DNA from: an uncultured Chloroflexia bacterium
Lineage (GTDB): Bacteria > Chloroflexota > Limnocylindria > Limnocylindrales > CSP1-4
Direction of reading: 5' to 3'
NCBI GenBank assembly: GCA_963716815.1
Contig: CAVQUM010000003.1
Location: 261,320 to 325,319, forward strand
Length of the DNA stretch: 64,000 nt
In this document: positions 1-11,399 of the stretch, piece after piece
Layout of the letters: each line of letters starts with the position of its first letter
How positions within the stretch are numbered: position 1 is the first letter of the stretch
Program-made: the position numbers and the translations under genes
Notes under the pieces: generated by a model
The model's database searches: none
What the model was told of the DNA's origin: nothing
Seen by the model: the letters and a program-made list of their open reading frames with translations, nothing else

Positions 1-1077
1 GAGCTGGTGGAGATCCAGGAGGCTGGGCCCGGCGACATCGTGGCCCTGGCAGGCCTGCCGGAGATCACCATCGGCGACACCATCACCGACCCGGCCGACC
101 CACGGCCGCTGCCGCGGCTGACCGTCGACGAACCCACCCTGCGCATGACCTTCGGCGTCAACACCTCGCCCATGTCCGGCCGCGAGGGCAGATACCTGAC
201 CTCGCGCCAGATCCGGGCCCGCCTCGAGCGCGAGGTGCTGGGCAACGTCAGCATCGAGTTCCGCCCCACCGGCACGGCCGAGACCTTCGAGGTCCGCGGC
301 CGCGGCGAACTGCAGCTGGCCGTGCTCATCGAGCAGATGCGCCGCGAGGGCTTCGAGCTGCAGGTGTCTCGCCCGGAGGTGTTGCTGCACCGGGTGGACG
401 AGGAGATCCACGAGCCGTACGAGCGGGTGAGCATCGACATCCCGCCCGAGCACATCGGCACCGTCACCGCCTCGCTGGCCGCGCGCCGCGCTCGCGTGCA
501 GCAGATGACCACCGACGCCGACGGCCGCACGCGCCTGGAAGCCATCATGCCCACGCGCGGACTGGTCGGCTACCGCGGTCAGTTCCTGACCGAGACGCGC
601 GGCACGGGCCTCTTGCACCAGATCGGCGAGGGCTACGGGCCGTGGGCCGGCGAGGTCGAGCACCGCACCAGCGGCGTGCTCGTGGCCGACCGCTCCGGCA
701 CCTCCAACGCCTACGGCCTCTTCAACCTGCAGGACCGCGCCACGCTGTTCATCGGCTCGGGCGTGGCCGTGTACGAAGGCATGATCGTGGGTGAGAACTC
801 GCGCCCGGGTGACATGGACGTGAACCCGACCAAGGAGAAGAAGCTGACCAACATCCGCACCCACTCGCACGACGATGCGCTGCGGCTGACGCCGCCTCCG
901 CCGATGACGCTGGAGTCGGCCATCGAGTTCATCGCCGCCGACGAGCTGGTCGAGGTCACGCCCTCGTCGATCCGCCTGCGCAAGCGCCTGCTCTCGGTGC
1001 ACGATCGCCGCCGTGAGCGCGGTCGCGAGGAGGACCGCCGGCGGGCAGCGGAGCGCGAAGCCACCGCAGGGCGCTAG
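1..1077 (+). CDS. typA: Translational GTPase TypA/BipA, C-terminal part; the 5' end lies outside the window
   Basis: The frame is open to the window edge (ORF track 7..1077). It contains 'FEVRGRGELQLAVLIEQMRREGFEL', 'AVYEGMIVGENSR' and 'EKKLTNIRTH', typical of BipA domains III-V and the C-terminal domain. Confidence 0.9.
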   Translation, partial: ELVEIQEAGPGDIVALAGLPEITIGDTITDPADPRPLPRLTVDEPTLRMTFGVNTSPMSGREGRYLTSRQIRARLEREVLGNVSIEFRPTGTAETFEVRGRGELQLAVLIEQMRREGFELQVSRPEVLLHRVDEEIHEPYERVSIDIPPEHIGTVTASLAARRARVQQMTTDADGRTRLEAIMPTRGLVGYRGQFLTETRGTGLLHQIGEGYGPWAGEVEHRTSGVLVADRSGTSNAYGLFNLQDRATLFIGSGVAVYEGMIVGENSRPGDMDVNPTKEKKLTNIRTHSHDDALRLTPPPPMTLESAIEFIAADELVEVTPSSIRLRKRLLSVHDRRRERGREEDRRRAAEREATAGR

Positions 1078-1112
1078 CGGGCACGCTGGCGAGCCCGCCG
1101 TATCATCACGCC

Positions 1113-2288
1113 GTGACCGTCTACCTCGACCATGCAGCCTCCGCGCCGCTGCGTCCCGAAGTGCTGGAGCAGATGCTGCCGCACCTCACCGGCGAGCAGG
1201 CCAACCCGTCTTCACCCCACGGACCCGGCCGGCGTGCCCGAGCCGCCCTCGATGAGGCCCACGAACGCCTGGCCGCGGCCATCGGCGCCGAGCCGCGCGC
1301 GCTCGTCTTCACCGGCGGCGGCACCGAGGCCATCAACCTCGCGGTCAAGGGTGCGGCCTGGGCCGGCAAGGCGGAGGGTCACCGCATCATCACGACCGCG
1401 GTCGAGCACAAGGCCGTGCTGGAGTCGTGCCTGCTGCTGGAGAAGTACGGCTTCGAGGTGCGCAAGCTCGCGGTCGACCGCTACGGACGGGTCGATCCCG
1501 ACGAGCTGACCGCGGCCCTCACCGACAAGACGATCCTCGTGAGCCTGCAGTGGGCCAACAACGAGGTCGGCACGATCCAACCCATCGCGGCACTGATCGA
1601 GCGCGTGCGAGCAGGGTCGTCGGCCCGGGTGCACGTCGACGCGGTGCAGGCTGCCGCCTGGCAGCGGCTCGACATGGAGGCCCTCGATGCGGATCTCGTC
1701 TCCTTCGCCGCGCACAAGGTCGAGGGGCCCAAGGGCGTGGGCGCGCTCTGGATCCGACGCGGGACGGCCATCCTGCCGCAGGTCCACGGCGGCTCACAGG
1801 AGCGCTACCGCCGGGCCGGCACCGAGAACGTCGCCGGAGCGGTCGGTATGGCCGCCGCCTTCAACCTGGCCGCAGCCGAGCGAGCCCAGACGGTCCCGGC
1901 CGTGACCGCCCGTCGTGACCGGCTGCGTGACGTGCTCCTGGACATCGAGGGCGTGGAGCTCACCGGCCATCCGGTCGAGCGCCTGCCCAACTCGCTCTCG
2001 CTCATCGTGCGCGATGCGGGCGGCGACGACATCGTCATCGGCCTCGACCTCGTGGAGGTCGCCTGCTCCACCGGCTCGGCCTGTACCAGCGGCTCCACCG
2101 AACCCTCGCACGTCCTCAGCGCCATGGGCTACCCCCCGGCCGAGGCGCGTGGCTCCCTGCGCCTCTCGCCGGGTCGCACCACCAGCGACGACGACGTCGA
2201 TGCGGTCGCCCGCGTCCTCCCTTCGATCATCGAGCGCGTGCGTCGGGGGCGGGCACGGCTGGCCGCGGCTGGGGAGTCGGGTTCGTGA
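1113..2288 (+). CDS. Cysteine desulfurase (NifS/IscS class V aminotransferase)
   Basis: 391 aa with the PLP-lysine context '[16 protein letters not shown]' and the active-site Cys loop '[10 protein letters not shown]'. It overlaps the downstream mnmA by 4 nt, the classic desulfurase-MnmA pair. Confidence 0.9.
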   Translation: MTVYLDHAASAPLRPEVLEQMLPHLTGEQANPSSPHGPGRRARAALDEAHERLAAAIGAEPRALVFTGGGTEAINLAVKGAAWAGKAEGHRIITTAVEHKAVLESCLLLEKYGFEVRKLAVDRYGRVDPDELTAALTDKTILVSLQWANNEVGTIQPIAALIERVRAGSSARVHVDAVQAAAWQRLDMEALDADLVSFAAHKVEGPKGVGALWIRRGTAILPQVHGGSQERYRRAGTENVAGAVGMAAAFNLAAAERAQTVPAVTARRDRLRDVLLDIEGVELTGHPVERLPNSLSLIVRDAGGDDIVIGLDLVEVACSTGSACTSGSTEPSHVLSAMGYPPAEARGSLRLSPGRTTSDDDVDAVARVLPSIIERVRRGRARLAAAGESGS

Positions 2289-3400
2289 GCGGCGAGCGCG
2301 TCCTGGCCGCGATGTCCGGGGGCGTGGATTCGTCCGCCGCCGCGGCCTTGCTGACCGAAGCCGGGCACGACGTCGTGGGCGTGTGGATGCGCCTGCACGA
2401 CGGCGCCGACAGCTACAGTGCCAGCAACCGCTCCTGCTGTTCGCTCGATGCGGCCGAGGATGCCCGACGCGTGGCCGGACAGCTGGGCATCCCCTTCTAC
2501 GTGCTCAACCTCGAGCGCGAGTTCAGCGAGGGCGTGATGGCGCCGTTCTTCGCGGCCTACCTCGACGGACGCACACCCAGCCCCTGCGTGGAGTGCAACT
2601 CACTGGTCAAGTTCGGGGCGCTCCTCGGGCGGGCCCGCCATCTCTACGCCGCCGACGCGGTGGCCACGGGCCACTACGCCCGCGTCGACCCGGTGGTCGA
2701 GCCCGACGGTCGGACGCGCTATCGGTTGCGTACCGGTCTCGACGAGGAGAAGGACCAGACCTATTTCCTCTACGGTCTCGACCAGGAGCAGCTGGCCCAC
2801 ACCCGCTTCCCGCTGGGCGAGCTGACCAAGCCGGAGGCGCGAGCGGTGGCGCGGCGCCACGGCCTGGTCACGGCCGACAAGCCCGAGAGCCAGGAGATCT
2901 GCTTCGTGCGCGAGGACGACTACCGGGTCGAGCTGGAGCGACGCACGGACTGGCGGCCGACGCCAGGGCCACTCGTCGACGCCGACGGCGAGCACGTCGG
3001 CGAGCACGCCGGCGCGGCGGCCTACACCGTGGGCCAGCGCAGCGGCCTGGGCGTGGCGCTCGGTGAGCGCCAGTACGTCTCGTCCATCGACGCGTCCGCC
3101 AACCTCGTCACGCTGGGACGCCGCGAGGACCTCTATCGCAGCGCCTTCGAGCTCGAGGATGCGGCCTTCATCGACAGCCCACCTCCCGCGCCCTTCCGCG
3201 CACGCGTACGCATCCGCCACCGGGCCGAGCTCGTGCCGGCGACGGTGCTGCGCGTGCCCGAGAGCGACGATCGCTGGCGGGTCGAACTCGAGCGGCCGGC
3301 CTGGGCGCCGGCGCCCGGACAGGCCGCGGTCTTCTACGACGACGAGAACGCCGTCATCGGCGGTGGCCGCATCGGGACCGCCGCCTCGGCCACGGCCTGA
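2285..3400 (+). CDS. mnmA: tRNA-specific 2-thiouridylase MnmA
   Basis: 371 aa with the PP-loop 'AMSGGVDSS', plus 'CVECN' and 'KDQTYFLY'. Confidence 0.93.
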   Translation: MSGERVLAAMSGGVDSSAAAALLTEAGHDVVGVWMRLHDGADSYSASNRSCCSLDAAEDARRVAGQLGIPFYVLNLEREFSEGVMAPFFAAYLDGRTPSPCVECNSLVKFGALLGRARHLYAADAVATGHYARVDPVVEPDGRTRYRLRTGLDEEKDQTYFLYGLDQEQLAHTRFPLGELTKPEARAVARRHGLVTADKPESQEICFVREDDYRVELERRTDWRPTPGPLVDADGEHVGEHAGAAAYTVGQRSGLGVALGERQYVSSIDASANLVTLGRREDLYRSAFELEDAAFIDSPPPAPFRARVRIRHRAELVPATVLRVPESDDRWRVELERPAWAPAPGQAAVFYDDENAVIGGGRIGTAASATA

Positions 3401-3413
3401 GCACGGGCACGAC

Positions 3414-3746
3414 ATGAGCGGCGGTCTGGCCACCTTCGTCCTCGAGCCGGCCTTCGTGCTCTCGCTCCTCGTCGGCGCCTTCCACACCTGCATCTACATC
3501 TTCGTGCGCGGCAACCTGGGCTGGCATGTCCCCGCGGTGCTGCTGGGCGCGGTCACCGGCGCGCTGCTGGGCCAGGCCATCGGGGCGCGTGTCGGCGACG
3601 TCCTGCGCCTGGGCGACTACAGCCTGCTGTGGGCCTCGGCCCTGGCCTGGGTGGGCATCGGCATGGCCATCGTCATCAGCACCCTCGCCACACGACGACC
3701 GGAGGCGACCGAGGAGCACGGCCAGATCCGCCCACGCCGGGGCTGA
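3414..3746 (+). CDS. Small hydrophobic membrane protein (hypothetical)
   Basis: The ATG at 3414 lies inside ORF 3063..3746. The last 110 aa carry 3-4 predicted TM stretches ('FVLEPAFVLSLLVGAF', 'VPAVLLGAVTGALLG', 'LLWASALAWVGIGMAIVI'). Upstream of this ATG the frame is Arg/Pro-rich junk overlapping mnmA. Confidence 0.5.
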   Translation: MSGGLATFVLEPAFVLSLLVGAFHTCIYIFVRGNLGWHVPAVLLGAVTGALLGQAIGARVGDVLRLGDYSLLWASALAWVGIGMAIVISTLATRRPEATEEHGQIRPRRG

Positions 3747-4418
3747 TCAGTCCGCGGCCTGCTCTGCCTCCACCTCGGCGACCGCCTGCTCGTGGGTCTC
3801 GATGGCTGCGTCCACGGTACCCATGCCGATGACCGCCGGCTTGACCGGGATCTCCCTGGCGCGAGTCTTGTCGCGCCATCGCTGGAAGAGGTAGATGCCG
3901 CTTGCGAGAAGCGCCGAGAGCACGAAGCCGATGAGCATGGCCAGCCATGGCTGGTCCTGGATGAGCGCGCCTCCGATGAACCCGGGCAGGGCTGCCTGAA
4001 GGGCCCAGACGACCGCCGCGATGCCGTCGTAGAGGACGAACCGTGGCCAGCTGAAGTGGAGTACGCCGGCACCGATGGCCACGGCCGTGCGACCGCCCGG
4101 GATGAAGCGGCCGATGATGACGAAGAGCCCGCCCCGTCGGTCGAACTGCTCCTGCACGACGTCGAGCTGTGCGGTGTTGCCGCGCAGCACCTTCTCCACC
4201 AACGGCCGGCCTGCCGCCCGACCGATCCAGTAGGCCACGTTGTCGCCCACGAAGGCGCCGAGGCCGGCGGCGATCATGACCCACACGATGTTGAGCTGAC
4301 CTTGGCCTGCGAGCACCGCGGCCGCGGTCACCGTCGCCTCCGCCGGGATGATGGGCACGATCACGTCCAGTGCCGCCATGAAGAAGATGGCGAGGTAGGT
4401 GATCGGCGAATCGGTCAC
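3747..4418 (-). CDS. DedA/SNARE-associated family membrane protein
   Basis: 223 aa with a GTG start. It contains 'VIVPIIPAE', 'GDNVAYWIGR' and 'GRFIPGGRTAVAIGAGV', typical of DedA. Confidence 0.8.
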   Translation of the reverse strand: MTDSPITYLAIFFMAALDVIVPIIPAEATVTAAAVLAGQGQLNIVWVMIAAGLGAFVGDNVAYWIGRAAGRPLVEKVLRGNTAQLDVVQEQFDRRGGLFVIIGRFIPGGRTAVAIGAGVLHFSWPRFVLYDGIAAVVWALQAALPGFIGGALIQDQPWLAMLIGFVLSALLASGIYLFQRWRDKTRAREIPVKPAVIGMGTVDAAIETHEQAVAEVEAEQAAD

Positions 4419-4604
4419 CAGAGCGGTCAGCGAAGTCGATCCACTCGGTCAGCTGGGCGAGGAGGTCAAGGATGCGGTCCACGAGATGGGTAGACTAGCC
4501 TTCCCACGCGCAGGAGGATCCATGAGCCTGGCCGAGCCACCCTCTTCTGCGAACGACATCGCCGCGCTGCGGACGCCCGTCGCTCAGCCGCATACTGTCT
4601 CGCC

Positions 4605-6921
4605 ATGAGCAGCACCCCGGACTCCAACGACACCCAGACGCCGGAGGGCGAAGCGCCGCCACCGGCCGAGCGCACCGAGCTCGAGGAACGCCTGGGCACC
4701 AAGCCACAGAAGCCGGGCCTGGCGCATCGTATCGCCTCGGTCTGGAAGGACGAATACGACACGGCCATGAACTGGCCACGAGGCAAGCGGCATCTGCTCA
4801 TGCGCGGCCTCACCGTCCTCATCGTCAACACCATCGCCCTGCTCCTCGTCGGCGAGTTCATGAACGGCATCCAATGGGTGGGCAGCTTCTGGAGCGTCGT
4901 GCTCAGCGCTGCCCTCGTCACGCTCGTGGCCGGCGGCATCACCTTCGTGGTGCGCCCGGTCGTGTTCGTGGCGCTCGGCATCAACAACGTCATCGTCACC
5001 GCCGTGCTGACGGTCGTCTTCATGGGCCTGACGCTGCTGGTGGCCAGCTGGCTCGTCGAGGGCATCGTCATCGACGGCTTCCTCGTGGCCTTCATCGCCT
5101 CGATCCTCATCGCGGCCATCAACACCGTGCTCGTGGGCATCATCGGGCTCGACGAGGACGAATCGTTCTTCCGCCACTCCATGAAGCGCATGGCTCGCGT
5201 CAGCGGCGACGTCGACGATCGGCCCGGCCCCGGCTTCGTCATCCTCCAGATCGACGGGCTCGCCGAGCCCATCCTGCGCGACGCCCTGCGCACGGGCTAC
5301 ATGCCCTTCCTCAACGACTGGCTGTCCGAGGGCACGCACCGCCTTGGTAAGTACGAGGCGCTGGCGCCCTCGATGACGTCGGCCGGGCCAGGTGGGCATC
5401 CTCCACGGCGTCCAGCCGGGCATCCCGGCCTTCCGCTGGTGGGAGAAGGAACGCAACTACCTCATGGTCTCGAACCATCCCGAGGACGCCTTCGAGATCG
5501 AGCGACGAGCCTCGCAACGAGAGCGACCTGCTGCGCGATGGTGGCGCGAGCATCAGCAACCTCGTGTCCGGTGGCGCCACCCGCGCCATCGCCACCAACA
5601 GCCAGCTGGCGAAGGAGGGCCAGGGGCTGCAGATGAAGTCGTTCAGCATGTTCCTCTACAACCCCTACAACCTCACCCGCGGCATCGCCCAGTTCGTGAC
5701 GGCGGTGATCATCGAGTACTTCCAGGCCCGCCGCCAGCGAGTGCGTGACGTCAAGCCGCGCATCGGGCGGGGCATGCCCTTCCCGTTCCTCAAGGCCAGC
5801 ACCACCACCATCATGCGGGACATGGTCGTGGACCTCATCATCGGCGAGATGGGCCGCGGCACGCCGATCATCTACGCCGACTACCTCGGCTACGACGAGG
5901 TCGCCCACCACGCCGGGCCGGAGCGCCCCGAGTCGATGCAGCAGCTCGACCGCGTCGACCGCATGATGCGCTCCCTTGCGCGCGCCGCCGAGGATGCGCC
6001 GCGCGAGTACCACTTCATCCTCGTCTCCGACCATGGCCAGACCCAGGGCGCACCCTTCGAGGACCGCTACGGCATCAGCCTCGAGGAGCTCACCCGCAGC
6101 CTCATGGAGGGCGACGTCACCTCCCTCGATGCGAGCAACGATGTCGAGGGCTGGGGCCCGGTCAACACGCTTCCTGACCGAGGCCTCGCCGCACACCGGG
6201 CACGACCGGCAGGATCGTCAGCCGCGCGCTGCGCAGCGACACCGAGGACGGCGTCGTGCACATCAACGACGAGGCCGAGGTCAAGGGCGACAAGCAGGAG
6301 GGCGCCGACGAGATCCCCGACCTCATCGTGGCGGCGTCGGGCAATCTCGCCAACATCTACTTCACCGAGGTCCGCGAGCGCGTCAGCCTCGAGGGCATCG
6401 CCAAGCTCCATCCGGAGCTCCTGCCCGGGCTGGTGCGCCACGAGGGCATCGGCTTCATCATGGTCCGCTCCGAGGAGCACGGCCCACTGGTCATCAGCCG
6501 CGACGGCGTGCGCAACCTCGAGACCGACGAGGTCGAGGGCGAGGACCCACTGCGCTGGTACAGCGAGCACACTCCCGCCAACCTCCGCGAGCTCGATTCG
6601 TATCAGCACATCGGCGACATCTTCGTCATCAGCATGTACGACCCCTCCACCGAGGAGGTCGCCCCCTTCGAGCACCAGGTCGGCTCCCATGGCGGCCTCG
6701 GCGGCCTGCAGACCAAGGCCTTCGTGATGTACCCCGCGGCCTTCGCGACGCAGGACAAGACGGTCGACCTGGTCGGCGCGCCGGAGGTCAACCGCAAGAT
6801 CCACGAGTGGATGGACCGGGCCAAGGAGCTCTATGCCGCCGGCGAGACGCCGGAGGCCGCGCTGGTCGAAGAGGAGCAGGAGCTGCCGAGCGTCCTGCGC
6901 ACCGAGTCTGACGCGGCCTGA
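4605..6921 (+). CDS. Membrane-anchored alkaline-phosphatase / nucleotide-pyrophosphatase superfamily protein with a holin-like 4-TM N-terminus; broken by about 4 frame shifts
   Basis: The reading continues across ORFs 4605.., 5392.., 5564.., a short stretch in the 5976 frame, and 6256..6921, with breaks near 5383, 5513, 6175 and 6205. It contains 'PGFVILQIDGLAEPIL', 'GILHGVQPGIPAFRWWEK', 'DYLGYDEVAHHAGP', 'LVSDHGQTQG' and 'QVGSHGGLGG'. Confidence 0.6.
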
Positions 6922-6948
6922 GCCGCAGCGCCGTGGGAGGCGTGACTG

Positions 6949-7861
6949 CTAGCGTGCGACGGTGCCCTTGGGTAGCACCGGCAGGATGAGCATGAACTTG
7001 CCGTCCCGTGCGGGCCACTTCGCGCGCGGGCCGGGCGTAGGGCAGGTAGTCCTGTTTCAATCGACCCACGGGCACGAGTGTGTTGGGCGGGTCCGACGCA
7101 CCCCAGATCGTGCTGACGTAGGGATACCAGGTGTCCTGGATGTAGACGGCCTTGACCGTGAAGTCCTTGCGATAGGCCGGATCGGCCGTGGCGGTGAAGC
7201 CGGACATCACCCAGGAGTGGGCGCCGCGCCAGGTGACCAGGCCCACCGGCTTGCCGGTGAGGCGGATGGCCTGGGCCGCCTTGCGGATGGCGCCGCGACG
7301 GGTCGCCGAGGCCTCGACCACGTAGGGACCGTGCCCGCGCTTGTTGAGCAGCGCCGCCCAGCCGATCAGGTCGATGCCGATGGGTCCCAGCTTGCGCTGG
7401 TTGGGCGAGAGCGACCGACCGCGCTGGTAGAGCTTCTGCTGGAAGGCGGCCGAGCCCTTGGGCTTCCCGGGTTCGAGGATGTTGAGCATGATCGAGGTCG
7501 AGCCGGCCACACACCAGTCCTTGGTGGCCTGGTGCACGAAGTCGCCCTTGCGGTAGAGGTTCATCTCGAACGGCCCGGCGACCGGCCGCGGCTTGAGCCG
7601 GATCACGGTCTTCTGGTCCGTGGCGGCCTTGGCCTGCTTGGTCACGGCCTTGGTCGCCGCCGCCTCGGCTTCGTCCTGCGCTGCCTCGGTCGGGCTCGGC
7701 TTCGGGCTGGGCGTAGCCGCGATCGCCTGGGCGGTCTTCGCCGCCGGTGGTGTGCCCGGCACCCACGTCAGTTGCAGCGAGGTACAGGCACTCACGACGA
7801 GGCCCCCGGCGAGGGCCACGGCGAGCACACGGAGGAGGGGTGTCACGGGTGGAGCGGACAT
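6949..7861 (-). CDS. Putative lipoprotein (hypothetical, Cys-containing hydrolase-like fold possible)
   Basis: Signal peptide plus lipobox-like 'GLVVSAC'. The coding-like sequence runs to about 7030. There a 1-nt shift gives a plausible end '...KWPARDGKFMLILPVLPKGTVAR*' with a stop at 6949..6951. Without the shift the ORF runs on to 6788 and overlaps the convergent upstream gene. Confidence 0.5.
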
Positions 7862-8013
7862 CTGGGGCGCACCCTAGCGGTCGGCTCCGCCGCCCGTCCT
7901 CGAACCTGCAGGAAATCTTCACCGAAGCTCAGTGGAGCATCGTTGACACCGAGCGTATCATCGAGTATCGATAATCGATGGTACGTGCCACCGATCAGCA
8001 CGGAGGAGGGAAC

Positions 8014-8542
8014 ATGTCTCGATCCGTCACGACCGCAGGGGTCCTGGCCCTGGCGCTGGCGCTCTCAGCTTCCACGGCCGCGCTGGCCCAGGAGGGTGAG
8101 CCGACGACGCCCGTGGAGAACCCCAACACCGGGGAGAGTCTCGGACATGCTCATCCCGCAGGCCAACGCCTACGAGACCTACGCCGAGCACATCCGCGTA
8201 CTGAATGATTGCGACTGGCTTGGCCTCATGGCACAGTATCCGGAGGACGCAGAGATCCACCTCGCCGACGGCACCGTGGTCAAGGGACGGCAGGCCATCG
8301 GTGACCTCTTCGCAGGCTTCGTGCTGGACCGTCCGGACGGCAACTGCGGCATGACGTTCACCGAGGAGTCGCGCTTCGAGGTGGGCAACACCGAGAACGT
8401 GCAGTGGGTCGCTGACGCGGACTTCCTCGCGGAGCCGTACCGCGGCTCTGATGCCTACGTGACCGACGGCCAGTACATGGTGGCGATGGTCACGACCTTC
8501 GGCCAGCCGGGAGATACGCTCGTCGACAACGACGCCGAGTAG
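8014..8542 (+). CDS. Secreted SnoaL/NTF2-like protein (hypothetical)
   Basis: The signal peptide 'MSRSVTTAGVLALALALSASTAALAQ' is in frame 1. The body 'ANAYETYAEHIRVLNDCDWLGLMAQYPEDAEIHLADGTVVKGRQAIGDLF' is in frame 2. The apparent frame break is near 8140, with an alternative ATG at 8147. Confidence 0.5.
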
Positions 8543-8560
8543 CCGACGACACGTTCGCCT

Positions 8561-8588
8561 GCCCGCGAGAGCCTCCACTCTCGCGGGC
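8561..8588 (+). terminator. Hairpin, terminator-like
   Basis: Perfect 11-bp stem gcccgcgagag / ctctcgcgggc with a 6-nt loop, 19 nt after the stop at 8542. There is no clear U-tract. Confidence 0.4.
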
Positions 8589-8671
8589 ATCTCCGTGTCG
8601 GGCGCCCGTCGTTCGCTACACTCGCGAGCACATGCCTGACAACGAGAACCGGGCCACTCGCCGAGGCCCGT

Positions 8672-11395
8672 ATGCAACCCCTGTCCACGGACGAGATCCG
8701 CTCGCGCTTCCTGCGCTTCTTCGAGGAGCGCGACCATGAGGTCGTGCCGAGCGCCAGCCTCGTGCCGGCGGGCGACCAGACGTTGCTGTTCACCAACAGC
8801 GGCATGGTCCAGTTCAAGGACGTCTTCCGGGGCGTCGAGCTCGCTCCTACTCGCGCGCCGTCGATTCTCAGCGCTGCTTGCGGGTGGCCGGCAAGCACAA
8901 CGACTTCGAGGAGGTCGGCCGCACGCCGCGGCACCACACCCTCTTCGAGATGCTGGGCAGCTGGTCCTTCGGTGACTACTTCAAGCGCGAGGCCATCCAC
9001 TGGGCCTGGGAGTTCCTGACCGAGGACCTGGGTATCCCGGGCGACCGCCTGGCGGCCACGACCTATACCGACGACGAGGAGTCGTGGGCCATCTGGCGCG
9101 ACGAGATCGGCCTGCCGCCCGAGCGCATGGCGCGCTGGGGTGATGTCGACGGTGGCGACGACCACAACTTCTGGCGCATGGCCGACACCGGCCCGTGCGG
9201 TCCCAACAGCGAGATCCACTTCGACCGCGGGGTCGAGTTCACGCGAGGGTGAGGGCTGCGTGCCCGACCACACCGAGACCTGCCCGCGCTGGCTGGAGAT
9301 CTGGAACCTCGTGTTCATGGAGTTCGACCAGGCGCTCGAGGGGCCACGAACCGAGCTGCCCTTCAAGTCGGTCGACACGGGCATGGGTCTTGAGCGCCTG
9401 GCCTCGGTGCTGCAGGGCGTACCCACCAACTACGACACCGACCTCTTCATCCCCATCCACCAGAAGATGCGCGAGCTGCTCGGGCACGATCCGGAGGCCT
9501 TCGAGAGCGAGCGCTTCAGCTACCAGGTCATCGCCGACCACTCGCGCGCGATCACCTTCCTCATCGCCGACGGCATCCTGCCCGCCAATGAGGGTCGGGG
9601 CTACGTGCTCCGGCGCATCGTGCGCCGTGCCGTGCGGCATGGACGCTTGCTCGGTCGCGAGGAGCCCTTCCTGGCCGAGACCGCGCAAGTCGTCATCGAC
9701 CTCATGGGCGAGGCCTACCCGGTCCTGCGCGAGCGGCGCGACGCCATCATCGGCGCGATCCTGCGCGAGGAGACCGCGTTCGCGCGTACGCTCACCGCGG
9801 GCACCAACCACTTCGAGGAGGCGCTCATCTCGCTCACGAGCGCGGAGCGCGTCGTCGGTCGTTCGGTGGAAGACGTGCCGGCCGATGCCCCGGTGCTCGA
9901 TGGGGTGACGGCCTTCCGCCTGCATGACACGTACGGCTTCCCCATCGATCTCACCGTCGAGCTGGCGGCGGAGTACGGCGTGCGCGTGGACCGCGTCGGC
10001 TTCGAGGCCGCCCTGGCGGAGCAGCGCGAGCGCAGCCGCTCGGGCAAGAAGCAGGACCTGGCCCGGCAGGCCGAGATGATGGCGCTGTTCGATGGCGTCA
10101 AGCGCCGTGTCGGTGACTCGAGATTCCTGGGCTACGAGCAGACGTCCGCGCCCGGTCGTGTCCAGGCCATCGTCCGCGACGGCACGGAGTTCGAGGAGCT
10201 CGAAGCGCGGAGCGACGCCGAAGGCCAGGTCGAGGCCGCAGCGGAGGCGCAGATCGTGCTCGACGAGACACCCTTCTACGCCGAGGGCGGCGGCCAGATC
10301 GGAGACCAGGGCGTGCTCCGCGACGAGGACGGTGCGGTCCTCTTCACCGTCACCGACACCCAGCGGCCGGTGTCCGGGCTGATCGTCCATCACGGACGAC
10401 TCCACGGCCAGATCGGCCGGCGTCAACAGGTGCAGGCGGAGGTCGACCCCAAGCGGCGCGCCCGCACCATGCGCAACCACACCGGCACGCACGTGCTCCA
10501 CCGCGCCCTGCGCAACACCCTTGGCGAAGGTGCCCGCCAGGCCGGATCGCTCGTCACGCCCGACTACCTTCGCTTCGACTACCCCTCCGATCGCGGCCTC
10601 ACGCAGGCGGAGAAGCGGGCCATCGAGGCGGAAGTGCGCCGGGTCATCCGCGAGGACCGGTCGGTCACGCCCGAGCACATGACCATGGCCGAGGCCCAGA
10701 GCGCCGGTGCTGACGCCTTCTTCGACGAGAAGTACGGCGAGACCGTGCGTACGGTGCGCGTCGAGGGCTACAGCCACGAGCTGTGTGGCGGCACACACTG
10801 CCGTGCCACCGGCCAGATCGGCGGCTTCATCATCACCGGCGAACGCTCCATCGGCTCGGGCATGCGCCGCATCGAAGCCGTCACGGGTGAGGCCGCCGAG
10901 GCACTCACGGAGGAGCGCTTCGCGCTGCTCGAGGCGGCCGTCGCCGCGGCCGGGGTGCAGTCGGGCGAACAGCTCGTCTCACGCATCGAAGGCCTCAAGG
11001 AGCAGAAGCGCGAGAGGCGCGCGAGCGGCCTGGTGCCGTCGGCGGGTGCCGCGGCCAAGGCGGCCGAGATCCTGCACAAGGGCGCCTTCGTGTCGATGAC
11101 CGGCGGGTTCCGCTCGATGGAGGAGCTTCGCGCCTGGGCCAAGGAGGTCCGCGCCGCGCTCAAGAGCGGGGTCATCGCCGCGGGTCTCGACGATCCCGAG
11201 AAGCCGCAGCTGTTCGTGACCGTCAGCGACGACCTCATCGAACAGGGCATCGACGCCGGCGAACTGGTGCGCGATGCGGTGGCCGAGGCTGGGGGCAAGG
11301 GCGGGGGCAAGGCCGGCATGGCCCAAGGCAAGGTGCCCGAACCCGCCGCTCTCCAGACGGCCATCGAGAGACTGCGCGAGCGACTCGAAGGGTAG
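8672..11395 (+). CDS. alaS: Alanine--tRNA ligase
   Basis: Contains '[13 protein letters not shown]', '[32 protein letters not shown]', '[12 protein letters not shown]' and '[12 protein letters not shown]...CGGTHC'. Two frame breaks lie near 8845 (cc where ccc is expected) and 9245. Confidence 0.93.
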
Positions 11396-11399
11396 GGCC

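Noticed and set aside
7943-7975. A TTGACA hexamer and the AT-rich 'tatcgataatcgat' upstream of the SnoaL-like gene as a promoter or operator
   Set aside because: No acceptable -10 hexamer lies at 16-18-nt spacing (TATCAT is 7 nt away, GATAAT 21 nt). I left it unannotated.
7862-8013. A cell-wall-hydrolase-type riboswitch (ydaO / c-di-AMP) upstream of the lipoprotein gene
   Set aside because: The 150-nt leader read on the - strand does not show the conserved ydaO core motifs that I can recall.
9239-10798. Long antisense ORFs, for example 9239..10798(-), 13902..14990(-), 18432..20006(-), 40030..41883(-), 48850..50358(-) and 63510..63899(-)
   Set aside because: They lie opposite genes with clear family motifs. 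They are Arg/Ala/Gly/Pro-rich with no motifs and no RBS, as expected for shadow ORFs in DNA of about 70% GC.
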